A DNA stretch of 64,000 nucleotides, taken from contig MNRQ01000020.1 of the NCBI GenBank assembly GCA_001916035.1, positions 69,819 through 133,818 of the forward strand, in the 5' to 3' direction. The notes under the pieces are model-generated. The model did no database searches and was not told the origin of the DNA. It worked only from the letters and a program-made list of their open reading frames with translations. Position numbers and translations under genes: made by a program. Positions within the stretch are counted from its first letter, which is position 1. The number at the start of each line of letters is the position of its first letter. The stretch comes from Clostridium sp. 27_14. GTDB lineage: Bacteria > Bacillota > Clostridia > TANB77 > CAG-508. Of the stretch, positions 32,119 through 45,485 are shown piece after piece.

Positions 32119-32270
32119 TATATTTTATATTCTAGGAAAGTTCTCTGAACTTCCTAGAATATAAAATATAACAATGCACAGAAATTTGCTTTACAAATTT
32201 CGCGCACGAACAAATACGCGGACTTTAAAATGTTCTAAATAGTGCAAATGTTATAAATGTCCGCTTTTGT
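32119..32270 (-). repeat. second copy of the composite hairpin repeat (units A-B-C), inverted relative to 29788-29998
   Basis: The reverse complement of 32169-32267 matches units B and A. Unit C is replaced by a different palindrome of the same length (32119-32168). Confidence 0.8.
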
Positions 32271-32333
32271 TCTATATTAGAAAACATCAAAAAATATATA
32301 ACTACTAATATTTTTAATGTTCTTTTTACTCAT

Positions 32334-33809
32334 CTACTCTTGATTAAAATCTTTTCCTATAACTATAGTTACATGAACTTTACTACTTAAATTTTTCTTA
32401 TTAGATATACTTCCAACTCCTAATACATTTTTTATTTCTTTTACTGTATCAGAATCTAACTCCTTTTTATTTGTTATTATTGTTTTTGATATAGATGTTG
32501 TTTTTCCTGTTTTTGTAACATCATATCCACTTTCCTTTAAAAGTTCAACTGCCTTTTCCATCTTAGCAGTATCTCCACTTCCATTTAATACCTCAATTTG
32601 TATATCTGACTTTTCTAATTTTTTTATTGTTGTACTACTTGTTGCTAAAGTATTTGTTGAACTATTTGTTTTTGTAGTATTATTCACTTTTACACTATTA
32701 GTATTTGTTGAATTTTGATTTGAAGTTTTATTACCAACAACATTATTTCCATCTAAACTGTTTCCTTCTGTATTTTCTTCTGAATAAAATAATTTTTGTA
32801 TTAAGCTTTCTGTTTCATCTTCATCTGCTTCAAAAAACCACCATTGTTGTTTTGCTTTTTCTGGCAATAATTTATTAATGCCTGGTATTGTTTCTGTTTG
32901 TAAGTTTTCTGTACTAAATTCTACTGCATAAGGTATATAATCTTTTATATAAGAAAAGTCTATATTTGTTTCTAAATATTTATTTGCTATATCTAATATT
33001 TCACCTATTTTAAATATATTTCCAGGTTTTAATGTTTGTTGCATTACAGCCATCATAAATTCTCTTTGTGTTCTCATTCTTCCTGTATCATTATCCCCAT
33101 ATTCTTCTGGATATGTTGTATTATTATTGTTTTTTCTAAAACGCAATAACTGTTCTGCTTTATCACCATTAATTTTTTGTTCGCCAGCTTTTAAGTCAAT
33201 ATGTAAATTTTGTGTTGGGTCATCATATTTCATATTTATTGGAACATTGAAATCAACTTCCCCTATTGCATCTACTAATTTTATTAATGCTTCTGTTTTA
33301 ACAACTGCATAATATTGAATATCCAAGCCTGTTAATCTATTTACCGCTTCTAATGTTTTTTCTGCACCACCATAACTATATAAACTGTTTATTTTATCTG
33401 AAGGCGTTGCCTTTAACTTACTTCTTCCTACATAAGTATCTCTTGGTACTGACAATAAATTAGCTGTTTGATTTTTTGGATTATATGATACTACCATAAT
33501 TGTATCTGTTGGAGCATTATCCCCTAAGTCTGTACTTACCCCCAATAATAAAACTTTTAATTCAGGTAAATTTTTCTTTGTTTCTTCATCATGTCCAACA
33601 ACTGTTGCCAACATTCCTGATACTCCACCACCATTTTTCTTTGTCTTATATGCAAACCATCCACCTAATATAGCCAAAATAATAATTACTACTATTAGTA
33701 CTTTTAACCATATTTTACTCTTTTTCTTCTTAGATGATTTTAACTTTTCATTATTTATTTTATTATTTTTTTTCTTTTTTTCATTTTTTAGTTTATCTTT
33801 TTTTTCCAC
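32334..33809 (-). CDS. LCP (LytR-CpsA-Psr) family protein
   Basis: DTIMVVSYNP...LLSVPRDTYV core and a C-terminal LytR_C-like IEVLNGSG. The GTG at 33809 after GAGGAGG is the preferred start. Confidence 0.8.
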   Translation of the reverse strand: MEKKDKLKNEKKKKNNKINNEKLKSSKKKKSKIWLKVLIVVIIILAILGGWFAYKTKKNGGGVSGMLATVVGHDEETKKNLPELKVLLLGVSTDLGDNAPTDTIMVVSYNPKNQTANLLSVPRDTYVGRSKLKATPSDKINSLYSYGGAEKTLEAVNRLTGLDIQYYAVVKTEALIKLVDAIGEVDFNVPINMKYDDPTQNLHIDLKAGEQKINGDKAEQLLRFRKNNNNTTYPEEYGDNDTGRMRTQREFMMAVMQQTLKPGNIFKIGEILDIANKYLETNIDFSYIKDYIPYAVEFSTENLQTETIPGINKLLPEKAKQQWWFFEADEDETESLIQKLFYSEENTEGNSLDGNNVVGNKTSNQNSTNTNSVKVNNTTKTNSSTNTLATSSTTIKKLEKSDIQIEVLNGSGDTAKMEKAVELLKESGYDVTKTGKTTSISKTIITNKKELDSDTVKEIKNVLGVGSISNKKNLSSKVHVTIVIGKDFNQE

Positions 33810-34028
33810 AGTTTTGTCCTCCTCTTTTATGGTATAGTATAGCAAAATTATTTTAAAAGTGCAATATTTTTTTAATCATTTTTTTATTTGATATATATAT
33901 TAAGAAAATTGCATAATTTTCACTATAAATCAAAAAATATGCAAACATAAATTGCATACCTTCTGATTTAAAATTTATATTTATTTCATAATATTTCTTT
34001 AAGAATTGTCATTAATAAATCTTTCCAA

Positions 34029-34589
34029 TTATTTTACTAATAGCTCTACAATATTTTTACTATACATTTCTTTAGCTATAAATGATTTTTGAATCTCTGT
34101 ATGTAATTTATTTTGTGGATTTATTTGTCCTACAAAACTTACTATCAATAACACAACATAAATTACTAATATTCCCCTTATTGCACCATAAACTATTCCA
34201 CCAACTTTATTAAATTGATTCAATATTGGCAATTTTGCTATTAAATTTGCAAGAGCTGTAACAAATCTTAATGCAATTTTTGCTACTAAATATAAAACAA
34301 TCATAACTACAGCTCTTATTATATTATAAGATAATTCTTGTGCTATCTCTGGAGCTATCTGCTCTGCTATTTCATTTGACTTTGATTTTTCCAATATATG
34401 TTGTTCTATATTTTCATCTATACTTGTTGTATTTATCACTAAATTAGTTATTGGTCTATATAAAGTTAAAGCCACCACTATAGCTATAATTCCCGCACAT
34501 AGACCTATTCCTAATTCTACTAAACCTTTTTTGTATCCCAAAAATATTGATAATACCAATATTGCAATTATAATAATATCTACTACCAT
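34029..34589 (-). CDS. cvpA: CvpA family membrane protein
   Basis: 186 aa, 4 TM, typical N-terminus DIIIIAILVLSIFLGYKKGLV. Confidence 0.65.
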   Translation of the reverse strand: MVVDIIIIAILVLSIFLGYKKGLVELGIGLCAGIIAIVVALTLYRPITNLVINTTSIDENIEQHILEKSKSNEIAEQIAPEIAQELSYNIIRAVVMIVLYLVAKIALRFVTALANLIAKLPILNQFNKVGGIVYGAIRGILVIYVVLLIVSFVGQINPQNKLHTEIQKSFIAKEMYSKNIVELLVK

Positions 34590-34628
34590 TTCTTTTTTTG
34601 TATGATCTAAATCATACTCTCCCTTCTT

Positions 34629-35810
34629 TTATAAATTAATTATTTCTATCCTATCCCTATATATAATTCCAGCTATACTACTTGACAATGTAATATTTGT
34701 AATTTCCTGTGTTGCCTTATATCTTTTTACAAGCCAACCACCTGTATTTATAAACTCTATTTCTGTCCCTAAATTTAATGCTATAATATTTTCATAAGTA
34801 TAAATCTCTTTAGTAACTTCTTTTGCTGTATATGTTGAAGTAGTCTTGCTTTCTGTATTTACTATTGTTACTACTGAATCTGCCGAAAATAAATCTGCTG
34901 TTTTCTCCTCTACCTCTGCTATATTATTTGATAAATCAATAGTTTGAAATGTTGTTTTCTTATTTTCACTATTAAATAATTCTTCCTTATTTCCATCTAA
35001 TCCAAATTCAACAATTTTATCTTTTGACATACAAATCAATTTTTCTTTATCCTGATATCTAATATTTGTTACTAATTCACCATCTTTAAAATCATAAGTT
35101 GCAACTTTAGAACTTTGTGCATCTGTCCTTGCTTTTTCAACAGAAAAGACCTCTATTTGCGATTTTATATTAATACCTGAAGCATCTATTTCTGTTATTG
35201 CCAAATACTTGTTATCACTTGAAATTGCAATATCAGATACTCTCATAGTAGACAAAAATTTATTAAATAATGGTTCTCCTTTTTCATCATATACTGCAAT
35301 TACCGTTTTATAACTTGTATCTACTAAAGTCAATGCAACATAACCATTTTTACTTATATGAACTTGTGATATGTTCCCCTCTACACTTTTTTCCCATGCA
35401 ATATCTTTATCTGTTATACAATATATTTTCTTTCCCTTATTTTCTGCTATTGCCAAATATCGATTACTTGATGCAAATATTGGATTTGATATTTCTACCT
35501 GTAAACTTTTTTCTTCCTTTGCTGTACTTCCATATATCTTAAACTCATTTTTGCTTAAAACACCTATATATTGATTATATGCATACACTTGTGGATTTTC
35601 TTCTTCTTTTATACTTATTGATACTAATCTATCTTGATTTACTTCTTTTCTTAAGACTTGTGTATCAAACCACTCTCTAAAATTCTCATTTTTTATATAT
35701 ACTACACCTAATATTATTATACTTAAAATTATTACCACTATTAGAATAGCTATAGCTATTCTTTTTTTATTTATCTTTTTGGTTTCTGGTTCTTTCCAAA
35801 AATCTTTCAA
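34629..35810 (-). CDS. hypothetical membrane-anchored repeat (beta-propeller-like) protein
   Basis: One N-terminal TM helix, then repetitive beta-rich segments. Confidence 0.5.
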   Translation of the reverse strand: MKDFWKEPETKKINKKRIAIAILIVVIILSIIILGVVYIKNENFREWFDTQVLRKEVNQDRLVSISIKEEENPQVYAYNQYIGVLSKNEFKIYGSTAKEEKSLQVEISNPIFASSNRYLAIAENKGKKIYCITDKDIAWEKSVEGNISQVHISKNGYVALTLVDTSYKTVIAVYDEKGEPLFNKFLSTMRVSDIAISSDNKYLAITEIDASGINIKSQIEVFSVEKARTDAQSSKVATYDFKDGELVTNIRYQDKEKLICMSKDKIVEFGLDGNKEELFNSENKKTTFQTIDLSNNIAEVEEKTADLFSADSVVTIVNTESKTTSTYTAKEVTKEIYTYENIIALNLGTEIEFINTGGWLVKRYKATQEITNITLSSSIAGIIYRDRIEIINL

Positions 35811-35860
35811 TCCTTTTCTTCCTTCCTAATTTTTATTTTTCTTTTGATGTTTTTATTTTA

Positions 35861-36889
35861 CTATAAAATACTAAAAATAGCAATAAGTAATATTTGAATA
35901 ATTCCAATATAACCAAATATCGGATACAAAAAATTTATTAAAGCAGAAAAACCGATTTGAGAAATAAAAATAGAACTTATACATATCAAACATAACATTA
36001 TCTTCTTATTATTTTTTTCTTTAACATTTTGCATTAAACCAGCTATTAAAGAAATTGCAGTTGTCAATATTGATGTTAATATAACTATACCATATAAAAC
36101 TTTTAATTTAGGCAACTGAGTACTTATAACATAAGATATAGGCATTTCAATTCTTTTAATATTTACATCAATTTTCAACATTGAAACAAATACAGCTGTT
36201 GCCAGTAAAAATATCATAAAAGTTATAACTATTGATGTTTTTGATACTTCTCTTCTATCTATTATATTATTTACACTTATTAATACAGGAATTAAAAGTA
36301 TAGTATTATAACTTGCATATAAAACTCCACTTACCAACCAACTGCTTCCATTTATAATATTCATCTGTTCTATTTTATTTGCAACATTAGTAGAAATCAC
36401 TGTATACACTCCAATTACTACTATAAATACTATTAATATTGGTACTATTATTTCACTTACTTTTACTATTCCTTTAGTTTCTTTTGACATTATTATTACA
36501 CACATTATTGCTAATATTGAACTTCCTATTATTTGTGGAATTTTAATAGTTTCTGCCAAATATCCTCCAAAACCTGCAATCATTATATAAAAAGTTATTA
36601 AAATAAATATATTTATTATTATATTTATAATCTCAAGTACTTTTTCTTTTCTCCATTTTTTAGGCACTATGCTTAGCAAAAATTCCTTATAAGTTGTTAT
36701 TTTATTTTTTTTTATTATTATCATTGTTTTATATATTATTATTCCAAGCAATATAGCAGAAACACCAATACCTAATATCCCTCTTTTTCCATAAGAAAAA
36801 AAGAACAAGTAAATTTCCTGTCCTGATGCAAATCCAGCTCCTATTAAAGCTCCTATTATAACAAGTGCAATTTTTATACAATTTTTCAT
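35861..36889 (-). CDS. YkvI-like membrane transporter
   Basis: GAGFASGQEI near the N-terminus and about 10 TM helices. Confidence 0.6.
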   Translation of the reverse strand: MKNCIKIALVIIGALIGAGFASGQEIYLFFFSYGKRGILGIGVSAILLGIIIYKTMIIIKKNKITTYKEFLLSIVPKKWRKEKVLEIINIIINIFILITFYIMIAGFGGYLAETIKIPQIIGSSILAIMCVIIMSKETKGIVKVSEIIVPILIVFIVVIGVYTVISTNVANKIEQMNIINGSSWLVSGVLYASYNTILLIPVLISVNNIIDRREVSKTSIVITFMIFLLATAVFVSMLKIDVNIKRIEMPISYVISTQLPKLKVLYGIVILTSILTTAISLIAGLMQNVKEKNNKKIMLCLICISSIFISQIGFSALINFLYPIFGYIGIIQILLIAIFSIL

Positions 36890-36953
36890 AATCTCCCCCC
36901 TTTTACATACTAAAAGACCCCATTAAATTATATGAGGTCTTTTTTTATTTATT

Positions 36954-38654
36954 TTATTTTTTTCTTTTTCTTACTATCCATACAACTACTCCAGCTATTA
37001 TTATCACAAGTGGTACAATAAATATTATTGCTAATATTGTTCTATTTTCTGTTTCTGTTGCTTTATATGTTACTGTTCCTGTACTCTTTCTAGCTGTAAT
37101 ATCTTCTTCTCTATCTACTAAATAAGATATTGAATTTAATGCCAAATCTTTATTTTGTCTATATTGTATAACTGGTGCCTGTGAGCTTGAAGTTAAAGAC
37201 ATATCAGAGATAAAATAATTTTCTCCATATATTATTAATTTTGATGTCTTTGCTTTTTTACCATTTTCTTCATTTGCCTCTGACAATGTTTTAGTCATCA
37301 TTGCTCCTACTGTAAATGAATTTACTTCATCATCTGTTTCTGGCGAATCTTGGCTATTTGCAAAATTTGTTCTAAAATAACTTTTTGTACTTGTTGTTAA
37401 TAATTGTGTTTCTTCAACTTTCAACTCTTTCAATTTATCAGAATCCATAACATTTATCTTTGTTGCATTTACAAATATTACTCCTTCTGAATTTACTAAT
37501 TTTTTAGTTACATCTGTACTTTGAATTTCTGGCAATATTAAATCTGGTTGTTGTGATAACATTTTACTTGTATCTGCTTCTCTAATTATTCCTAAGCTAA
37601 AAGGATTTATACCATACATTCCTAATATCTTATTTATATTTGGCATTTCTATGTTTTGAGCTGTCGCTGCTTGGAACCATAAAATATTTTTTCCTGAATT
37701 TATATAATCTATTATTGCATTTGTTGCTATTTCATCAAAATCTTGTGAAGGCATTGTTACTACTAAAGTATCACAATCATCTGGTATTTTTCCTGTTGTT
37801 AAAACATCTACTGTTTCTACATCATAAATCTCATTTTCCAAATATGCATTAAAATATTGTAATCCACTATTTAATGATAATTTTGAATATCCTGACAAGA
37901 AATATACTTTTGGTATTTCATCTGTTGATACTGTTTGTATTGTTGAAGTTAGTCTTTCTTCTGCTATACTTATACTTTCATAAGTTTTTGTATCATAAGT
38001 TACTAAATCTTGTGAAGATAATATTTTGTATTTTTCACCACATTCTGCTATTATTGCTGTAGTTCCACTTTCTATTCCATATTTTTGGACTAAATCTGGT
38101 CTATCATTTGCCTTTACAGCTTCTACTTTTATATGTTCATTTACCTTACTATATTGTTTTGCTAAATCCAATGTTGAATCATCATCACTATATTCAATAA
38201 AATATAAGTTGATATCTTTTTGAATATCTTTTACTTTATCTTTGCTTGCTTGTGTTAAAGTAAATAATTTTTCCTTACTAAAATCTAAAGGTGTTATTTC
38301 TGCCTTTTGCATTCCTAAATTTATTCCAAAGAATATTGCTAATATTATTAAAACTAATATCAACGTTTTTGTTCCATTTATCAACCACTTTTTCGGTTTT
38401 TTATCTTTTTGGTCTTTCTTTTCTTTTTTTGATTTTTTATCCTTTTTATCTTTATTTTCTTTTTTGGATTTATTTTTTTCATTTTCAGCCTTTTTTTCTT
38501 TACCTAAGTTATCTTTTTTATTACCATCTTCACCTGCTTTTGCATTTTCAGCTTTTTTATTAGCATCTTCATTCATATTTACTGTATCTTTTTTATTGTT
38601 CTCTACTTCTTTCTGCTTTTTTACGTTCTCTTCTTTTTGCTCTTTATTATCCAA
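36954..38654 (-). CDS. GldG-like auxiliary component of an ABC-2 transport system
   Basis: Lys-rich N-terminus, TM, large extracytoplasmic domain and a C-terminal TM. It follows the permease and ATPase genes. Confidence 0.65.
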   Translation of the reverse strand: MDNKEQKEENVKKQKEVENNKKDTVNMNEDANKKAENAKAGEDGNKKDNLGKEKKAENEKNKSKKENKDKKDKKSKKEKKDQKDKKPKKWLINGTKTLILVLIILAIFFGINLGMQKAEITPLDFSKEKLFTLTQASKDKVKDIQKDINLYFIEYSDDDSTLDLAKQYSKVNEHIKVEAVKANDRPDLVQKYGIESGTTAIIAECGEKYKILSSQDLVTYDTKTYESISIAEERLTSTIQTVSTDEIPKVYFLSGYSKLSLNSGLQYFNAYLENEIYDVETVDVLTTGKIPDDCDTLVVTMPSQDFDEIATNAIIDYINSGKNILWFQAATAQNIEMPNINKILGMYGINPFSLGIIREADTSKMLSQQPDLILPEIQSTDVTKKLVNSEGVIFVNATKINVMDSDKLKELKVEETQLLTTSTKSYFRTNFANSQDSPETDDEVNSFTVGAMMTKTLSEANEENGKKAKTSKLIIYGENYFISDMSLTSSSQAPVIQYRQNKDLALNSISYLVDREEDITARKSTGTVTYKATETENRTILAIIFIVPLVIIIAGVVVWIVRKRKK

Positions 38655-38667
38655 AATTTCTCCCTCC

Positions 38668-39354
38668 TTATTTTACACTTTTTCTTCTTTGCATTAATGT
38701 TATTGTTAATACTATACTTGTTATTGCTGCTGTTATAAATGTTACTGTATCTGCAATATCAATTTCACCTTGTGTATATTTATACAACATATTTACAAAT
38801 GATAATCCACTTAAATTTGTATTAAAGTCTGGCAATACCCATGTAATTATAAAAAATGCTATTGATATTATTGCTGCTATTATTTGATTTTCTGTTAAAC
38901 TTGATGCAAATATTCCAAAAGCTATGTACATCATACAAAATAATAAAAATCCAAACATTGTTACTAAAGCTGTTTGCATATGTGGTGCTCCAAAATGACT
39001 TGTTATTGCAAAATACATAAAACTTATTAATTCTGTTATTACTACAACTACTGTTGCTGCTATAAATTTACCTAATACAATTTTTGTTATACTAAGTGGT
39101 GATGTTAATAGCAACTGTTCTGTTCCAGATTTTCTCTCTTCTGAAAATGATCTCATTGTTAGTAATGGTATTATAACTGCTAACACAATTATTGTTGGTA
39201 ATGAATAATATATTCGCTCTAAATTTACACTTCCTGCTCCTATAACACTAAAATAAAATGATATACTTAATGCTATTAAAAAAACTCCTATAAATATATA
39301 TCCTATTGGTGTTGTAAAATATGATTTTAACTCTTTTTTTATGACTGCCCACAT
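38668..39354 (-). CDS. ABC-2 type transporter permease
   Basis: 228 aa, 6 TM, directly downstream of the ATPase gene (3-nt spacer). Confidence 0.75.
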   Translation of the reverse strand: MWAVIKKELKSYFTTPIGYIFIGVFLIALSISFYFSVIGAGSVNLERIYYSLPTIIVLAVIIPLLTMRSFSEERKSGTEQLLLTSPLSITKIVLGKFIAATVVVVITELISFMYFAITSHFGAPHMQTALVTMFGFLLFCMMYIAFGIFASSLTENQIIAAIISIAFFIITWVLPDFNTNLSGLSFVNMLYKYTQGEIDIADTVTFITAAITSIVLTITLMQRRKSVK

Positions 39355-39357
39355 GGC

Positions 39358-40296
39358 TTAGTTACCTCCTTCTATTAGTTTCATAAATGCATCTTCTAGT
39401 GTTGTATCTGCTTTTTTCATTTCAAATATTGTTATATTTTCCTTAGCTAATTCTTTGAATAGTATTTTTCTTAAATCTACATCTTTTTCAGACTCTATTA
39501 AATATTGTTTTGTTTTATCTTTATTTTCTTTTACTAACTCTATTTTGGTTATTTCTTTTATATCTTTTGCAACTTCTTCAATTCTATTATCTAAGTCTTC
39601 AACTGTTACATATATATCATTTTTACTAGCTACTTTATTTTCCAAGTTTTCTGGCGTATCAACAGCTATTATTTTTCCTTTATTAATTATTATTACTTTT
39701 TGGCATATTTGACTAACTTCTGACAATATATGTGAGCTTAATATTACTGTATGTGTTTTTCCTAATTCTTTTATTAAATTTCTTATCTCTGTTATTTGCT
39801 TTGGATCAAGACCTACTGTTGGTTCATCTAATATTAATATTTTAGGTTCTCCAACTAACGCTCCTGCCATACTTACTCTTTGTTTATACCCTCTTGATAG
39901 ATTTCTTGTTAATTTTTTTTCTACATCTTTTAGTCCTGTTTCTTCTATAATTTTCTCTATTTTTTCTTTTCTTGTTTTTCTATCAACCTTTTTTATTTCT
40001 GCCATATATGTTACAAACTCTTTTACTGTCATATCTGTATATAAAGGCACACCTTCTGGCATATACCCTATCTCTCTTTTAGCTTTTCTAGGCTTTTTGC
40101 TTATGTCATATCCATCTATAACTATTGTTCCTTCTGTTGGTTCTATATACCCTGTTATCATATTCATAGTTGTACTTTTTCCAGCTCCATTTGGTCCTAA
40201 TAGTCCTATGATTTCTCCGTCATTTATTGTAAAGTTGATATTATCTACGGCTACAACTTTTCCGTATTTTTTTGTTACATTTTTAACCTCTATCAC
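39358..40296 (-). CDS. ABC transporter ATP-binding protein
   Basis: Walker A GPNGAGKST, signature LSRGYKQR, Walker B ILILDEP. Confidence 0.9.
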   Translation of the reverse strand: MIEVKNVTKKYGKVVAVDNINFTINDGEIIGLLGPNGAGKSTTMNMITGYIEPTEGTIVIDGYDISKKPRKAKREIGYMPEGVPLYTDMTVKEFVTYMAEIKKVDRKTRKEKIEKIIEETGLKDVEKKLTRNLSRGYKQRVSMAGALVGEPKILILDEPTVGLDPKQITEIRNLIKELGKTHTVILSSHILSEVSQICQKVIIINKGKIIAVDTPENLENKVASKNDIYVTVEDLDNRIEEVAKDIKEITKIELVKENKDKTKQYLIESEKDVDLRKILFKELAKENITIFEMKKADTTLEDAFMKLIEGGN

Positions 40297-40574
40297 GGTT
40301 CTTTCCTCCTCCTCTTGGATTTCTTGTTTTCCTTATTTCCCTAGTATAATATCATTTTATATTCACCTTGTAAAGCATTTCACAAAAAATTCACATTTAA
40401 AAACTCTTACTTATTCTTACCCATCAAAAAGGCACTGTATTTAAAATAAACTCTCCTTATTAAACATTCTTGTCTAATAATTTGAGTTCACTTCAGTAAC
40501 AATGCTCTGAAAATAGTACTAGACATAAGCTCCTTTCAATTTCTTTAAAAGGACTTAAACATGGTCTTGCACAA

Positions 40575-40710
40575 AGAGAAAAAAAGGTGCTCAAAAGCAA
40601 AATATAGAAAATGCAAAAAAATGATAAAAGAAAAAATACCATTAGAAATAATATATAAAATAACAGAAATTTCACTAGAAGATTTAAAAAAATTTCAAAA
40701 AGAAATCTAA
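40575..40710 (+). pseudogene. short remnant resembling the C-terminus of an Rpn/PD-(D/E)XK transposase-like protein
   Basis: QNIENAKK | MIKEKIPLEIIYKITEISLEDLKKFQKEI, with the two parts out of frame across an A-run. Confidence 0.3.
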
Positions 40711-40975
40711 TTTTATATTTAACTTTATAATTTGAAATAAAACCATTAAATTAATAAAAGTAAGATTTAAACATTACAAACATTTCTATACTTTTATTTT
40801 ATAATTAATATATTTTAAAGTTTTACTATTATAAATACTTTAAATTAATTAATAATAAAACTTTAAAATTTCCAATAGTTCAAACATTTTATAATATTTC
40901 AATTTTTTAGATTTTTTTACTATTTCTCTTGACAGTAGCACTTTTTTGTGATATTATAAAAATCGTTCAAGTTAT

Positions 40976-41045
40976 GGGTCAGTAGCTCAGTTGGATAGAG
41001 CACACGCCTTCTAAGCGTGGGGTCGGGGGTTCGAACCCCTCCTGG

Positions 41046-41052
<7 letters not shown>
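40976..41052 (+). tRNA. tRNA-Arg(TCT)
   Basis: gggtcagtagctcagttggatagagc, anticodon loop cTTCTAa, T-arm gggggttcgaacccct, and an encoded CCA. Confidence 0.9.
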
Positions 41053-41438
<386 letters not shown>

Positions 41439-41535
41439 TAATTTTAGAGTTTTTAAAAAAATATACTATATTGATTTATTTGTGATATTAAAAATAAGTT
41501 AATATAAATAAATTATAAAATTCTAAAAGTGTCAG

Positions 41536-43418
<1,883 letters not shown>

Positions 43419-43517
43419 ACATTTCTTAAAACAAATTAACGTGGCACGTTTTGTTTTTACAAAGTAAAAATGAAAGAGGCGATAGTTAATTTGAATAAAT
43501 TTTATTCCAGTGGAAGA

Positions 43518-43576
43518 AAATTTATTGCCTCGCAGAGTCCCCGAATTTTGACATACTTGTCAAAATCCATAGGGGG
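43518..43576 (+). promoter_or_regulatory. oriT-like module upstream of the decayed MobV gene
   Basis: aaatttattgcctcgcagagtcccc, then the palindrome attttgaca/tgtcaaaat, then ataggggg. Confidence 0.4.
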
Positions 43577-43624
43577 TTAGGATATTTGGAAAGACAAAAT
43601 CCTCTTGTCAAGGAAGTATGAAAA

Positions 43625-44959
43625 ATGAATGAGATGTTAGCCTATTCTATACATCTTGGAAACGATAAAAATAAAACTAAAAAAGCAAAAGAAATTGCAA
43701 AAAATAATCAATCAAATACAACTTCTTTTAGTAATAATTCTATTCAAAATTTGGCACAATTATCAAAAGCAAATAACCATAATTAAGAAAATACGATAAC
43801 AAAACAGAACTAATTTCCGTAATTTATGGAACAAATAATTTAGTAAATGATGTTCAAAATTTATATTTACAAGAGTTTGAAAATGCAAGAATTGAATACA
43901 ACAATAAGCAAACAAGAGAAGATAGAAAAATACAAAATTATTTAGAGCATATATCCGAAAATTCTAATAGAGATTTATGTTGTGAACTAATAATTGAACT
44001 TGGAGATATGAACTTTTGGCAAGATAAAACAAAAGAATATTGTTACAAAATGGTACAAGTTTATAAGGAACAACTACAAGACTTTGTAACAACCGTCCCA
44101 CAATTTAAAATAGCTAATGCAGTAATTCACTTTGATGAAACAAGTCCACATCTTCATATAATTGGCATTCCAATAAAAGAACGGATATAAAAATGGAATG
44201 AAAAAACAAGTAGCAAAATCACAAATATTTACAAAAGAATCTTTAACAAGAATACAAGATAAAATGAGAAATTGTTGTATAAAGTCATTTAACAAAGTAT
44301 ATGAACAAGATTATCAGCTAAAAACAAAAGAAAAAGGAAAAAATCAAGACATTCCAGTTAGTCAAATGCTGAACTATAATAAAGTAAAAAAGCAATATGA
44401 AAAGAATAAAAAGCTATTAGAACAAGCAAATAAAAAGACAGATTTAGTAAATGAAAATGGCAATAATATTAAAGAAATAGTATCTAATTTAAAGCCTAAT
44501 CTAGTAAACAAAAAGAATTATACTATTTCACAAGAACAAGTAACAACTATAAAAGATTATATTTCAGATGTAGAGGATACTACAAAATCAATGAAAAAAG
44601 TAAATGATTTAGATGTAATTATAAAGGAATACGAAAAAGATTTAAAAGAACACAATAACGAAGTTAGAGAATTAAACTCTACTATTAGACAGAAAGATGA
44701 AGAAATAAGAGATTTAACACAAAATTTAGATATAGCAAAAAATACTATTTCAAAACAACAAAAGGAAATAAATGTATTAAAGCCATTCAAATATTTATGG
44801 AATAAACTAATAAAATTTATAAAGAATAAAGTTAGATATTCTAAAAATGAAATCTATAAAAAAGTCTATGCAGAACTTAAAAGCGATAATATTTTAAGAC
44901 AAGCAGATATTGATTTTATAGATAATAAAAACACTAAAAAAAGAAACTATGAATTATAA
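43625..44959 (+). pseudogene. MobV/Pre-family relaxase with a -1 and a +1 frame break
   Basis: HxDE..PHxH motif (VIHFDETSPHLHIIGIP). One T is missing at about 43783-43785 and there is an extra C at 44182. The N-terminus is paralogous to 51473-51667. Confidence 0.8.
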
Positions 44960-45068
44960 AACGGAGGTAAAAATTTATGATATTAAAGTATAATAATGAA
45001 AAAGTAGTAAATTAGTAAAATATTTTGAAACATTAGATTTTGCAAATAAATTGAGATTAAGCATAGAT

Positions 45069-45305
45069 ATGCTTGAAAGTTATCATGTGAAAGTAAAAAA
45101 TGATAAAGTTTTAGAAATTTTAAAGAAATTATTGTGTGCAGTTGATGAACAATATAACAAAACAAAATTCTTAAATCTTCTTAACTATAAGCATTTACTT
45201 ATGACTTCGGCACAAGTAATGGAACTAACTGAAAAAGAGCAGAATACTTTTGTATTTGAAGTATTATATAATATTTACACTAGCGTGAAAGAAAGATATT
45301 TTTAA
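45069..45305 (+). CDS. hypothetical small protein
   Basis: ORF only, with an uncertain start (TTG 45051 or ATG 45069). Confidence 0.3.
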   Translation: MLESYHVKVKNDKVLEILKKLLCAVDEQYNKTKFLNLLNYKHLLMTSAQVMELTEKEQNTFVFEVLYNIYTSVKERYF

Positions 45306-45485
45306 AAAGTTGCAATTTTATGTAAAATATGGTACAATAAATATGTATAAAGTTTTTCTTTGAAATTGAGAATATTTTCTCGATTGATTTGCTACATTAT
45401 AGGTGGCAAGAAATCAAGAGTATCTCATTGAAGGGAAAAATAGTAAAACAAAAACAATAAGAACAATTTGCAGGAGGATTTTACT

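Noticed and set aside
29788-32270. CRISPR array
   Set aside because: There are only two or three repeat units. They are ~65 nt long, are themselves hairpins separated by other hairpins, occur in inverted orientation 2 kb apart, and no cas genes are present.
38400-38654. Lys-rich low-complexity tracts in the GldG-like N-terminus, the TopA C-terminal tail (14956-15060) and the LCP N-terminus (33690-33809), considered as possible repeats or inserted elements
   Set aside because: This is compositional bias of basic linker or tail regions within intact ORFs, not nucleotide-level repeats.
38242-38697. Plus-strand ORFs of 60-166 aa lying antisense to long minus-strand genes, for example 38242-38697, 16676-17131, 18116-18616, 4015-4290, 8002-8352 and 40097-40444
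   Set aside because: They are Phe/Leu/Ser-rich mirror translations of Lys/Glu/Asn-rich genes in AT-rich DNA. They have no RBS and fully overlap well-supported genes.
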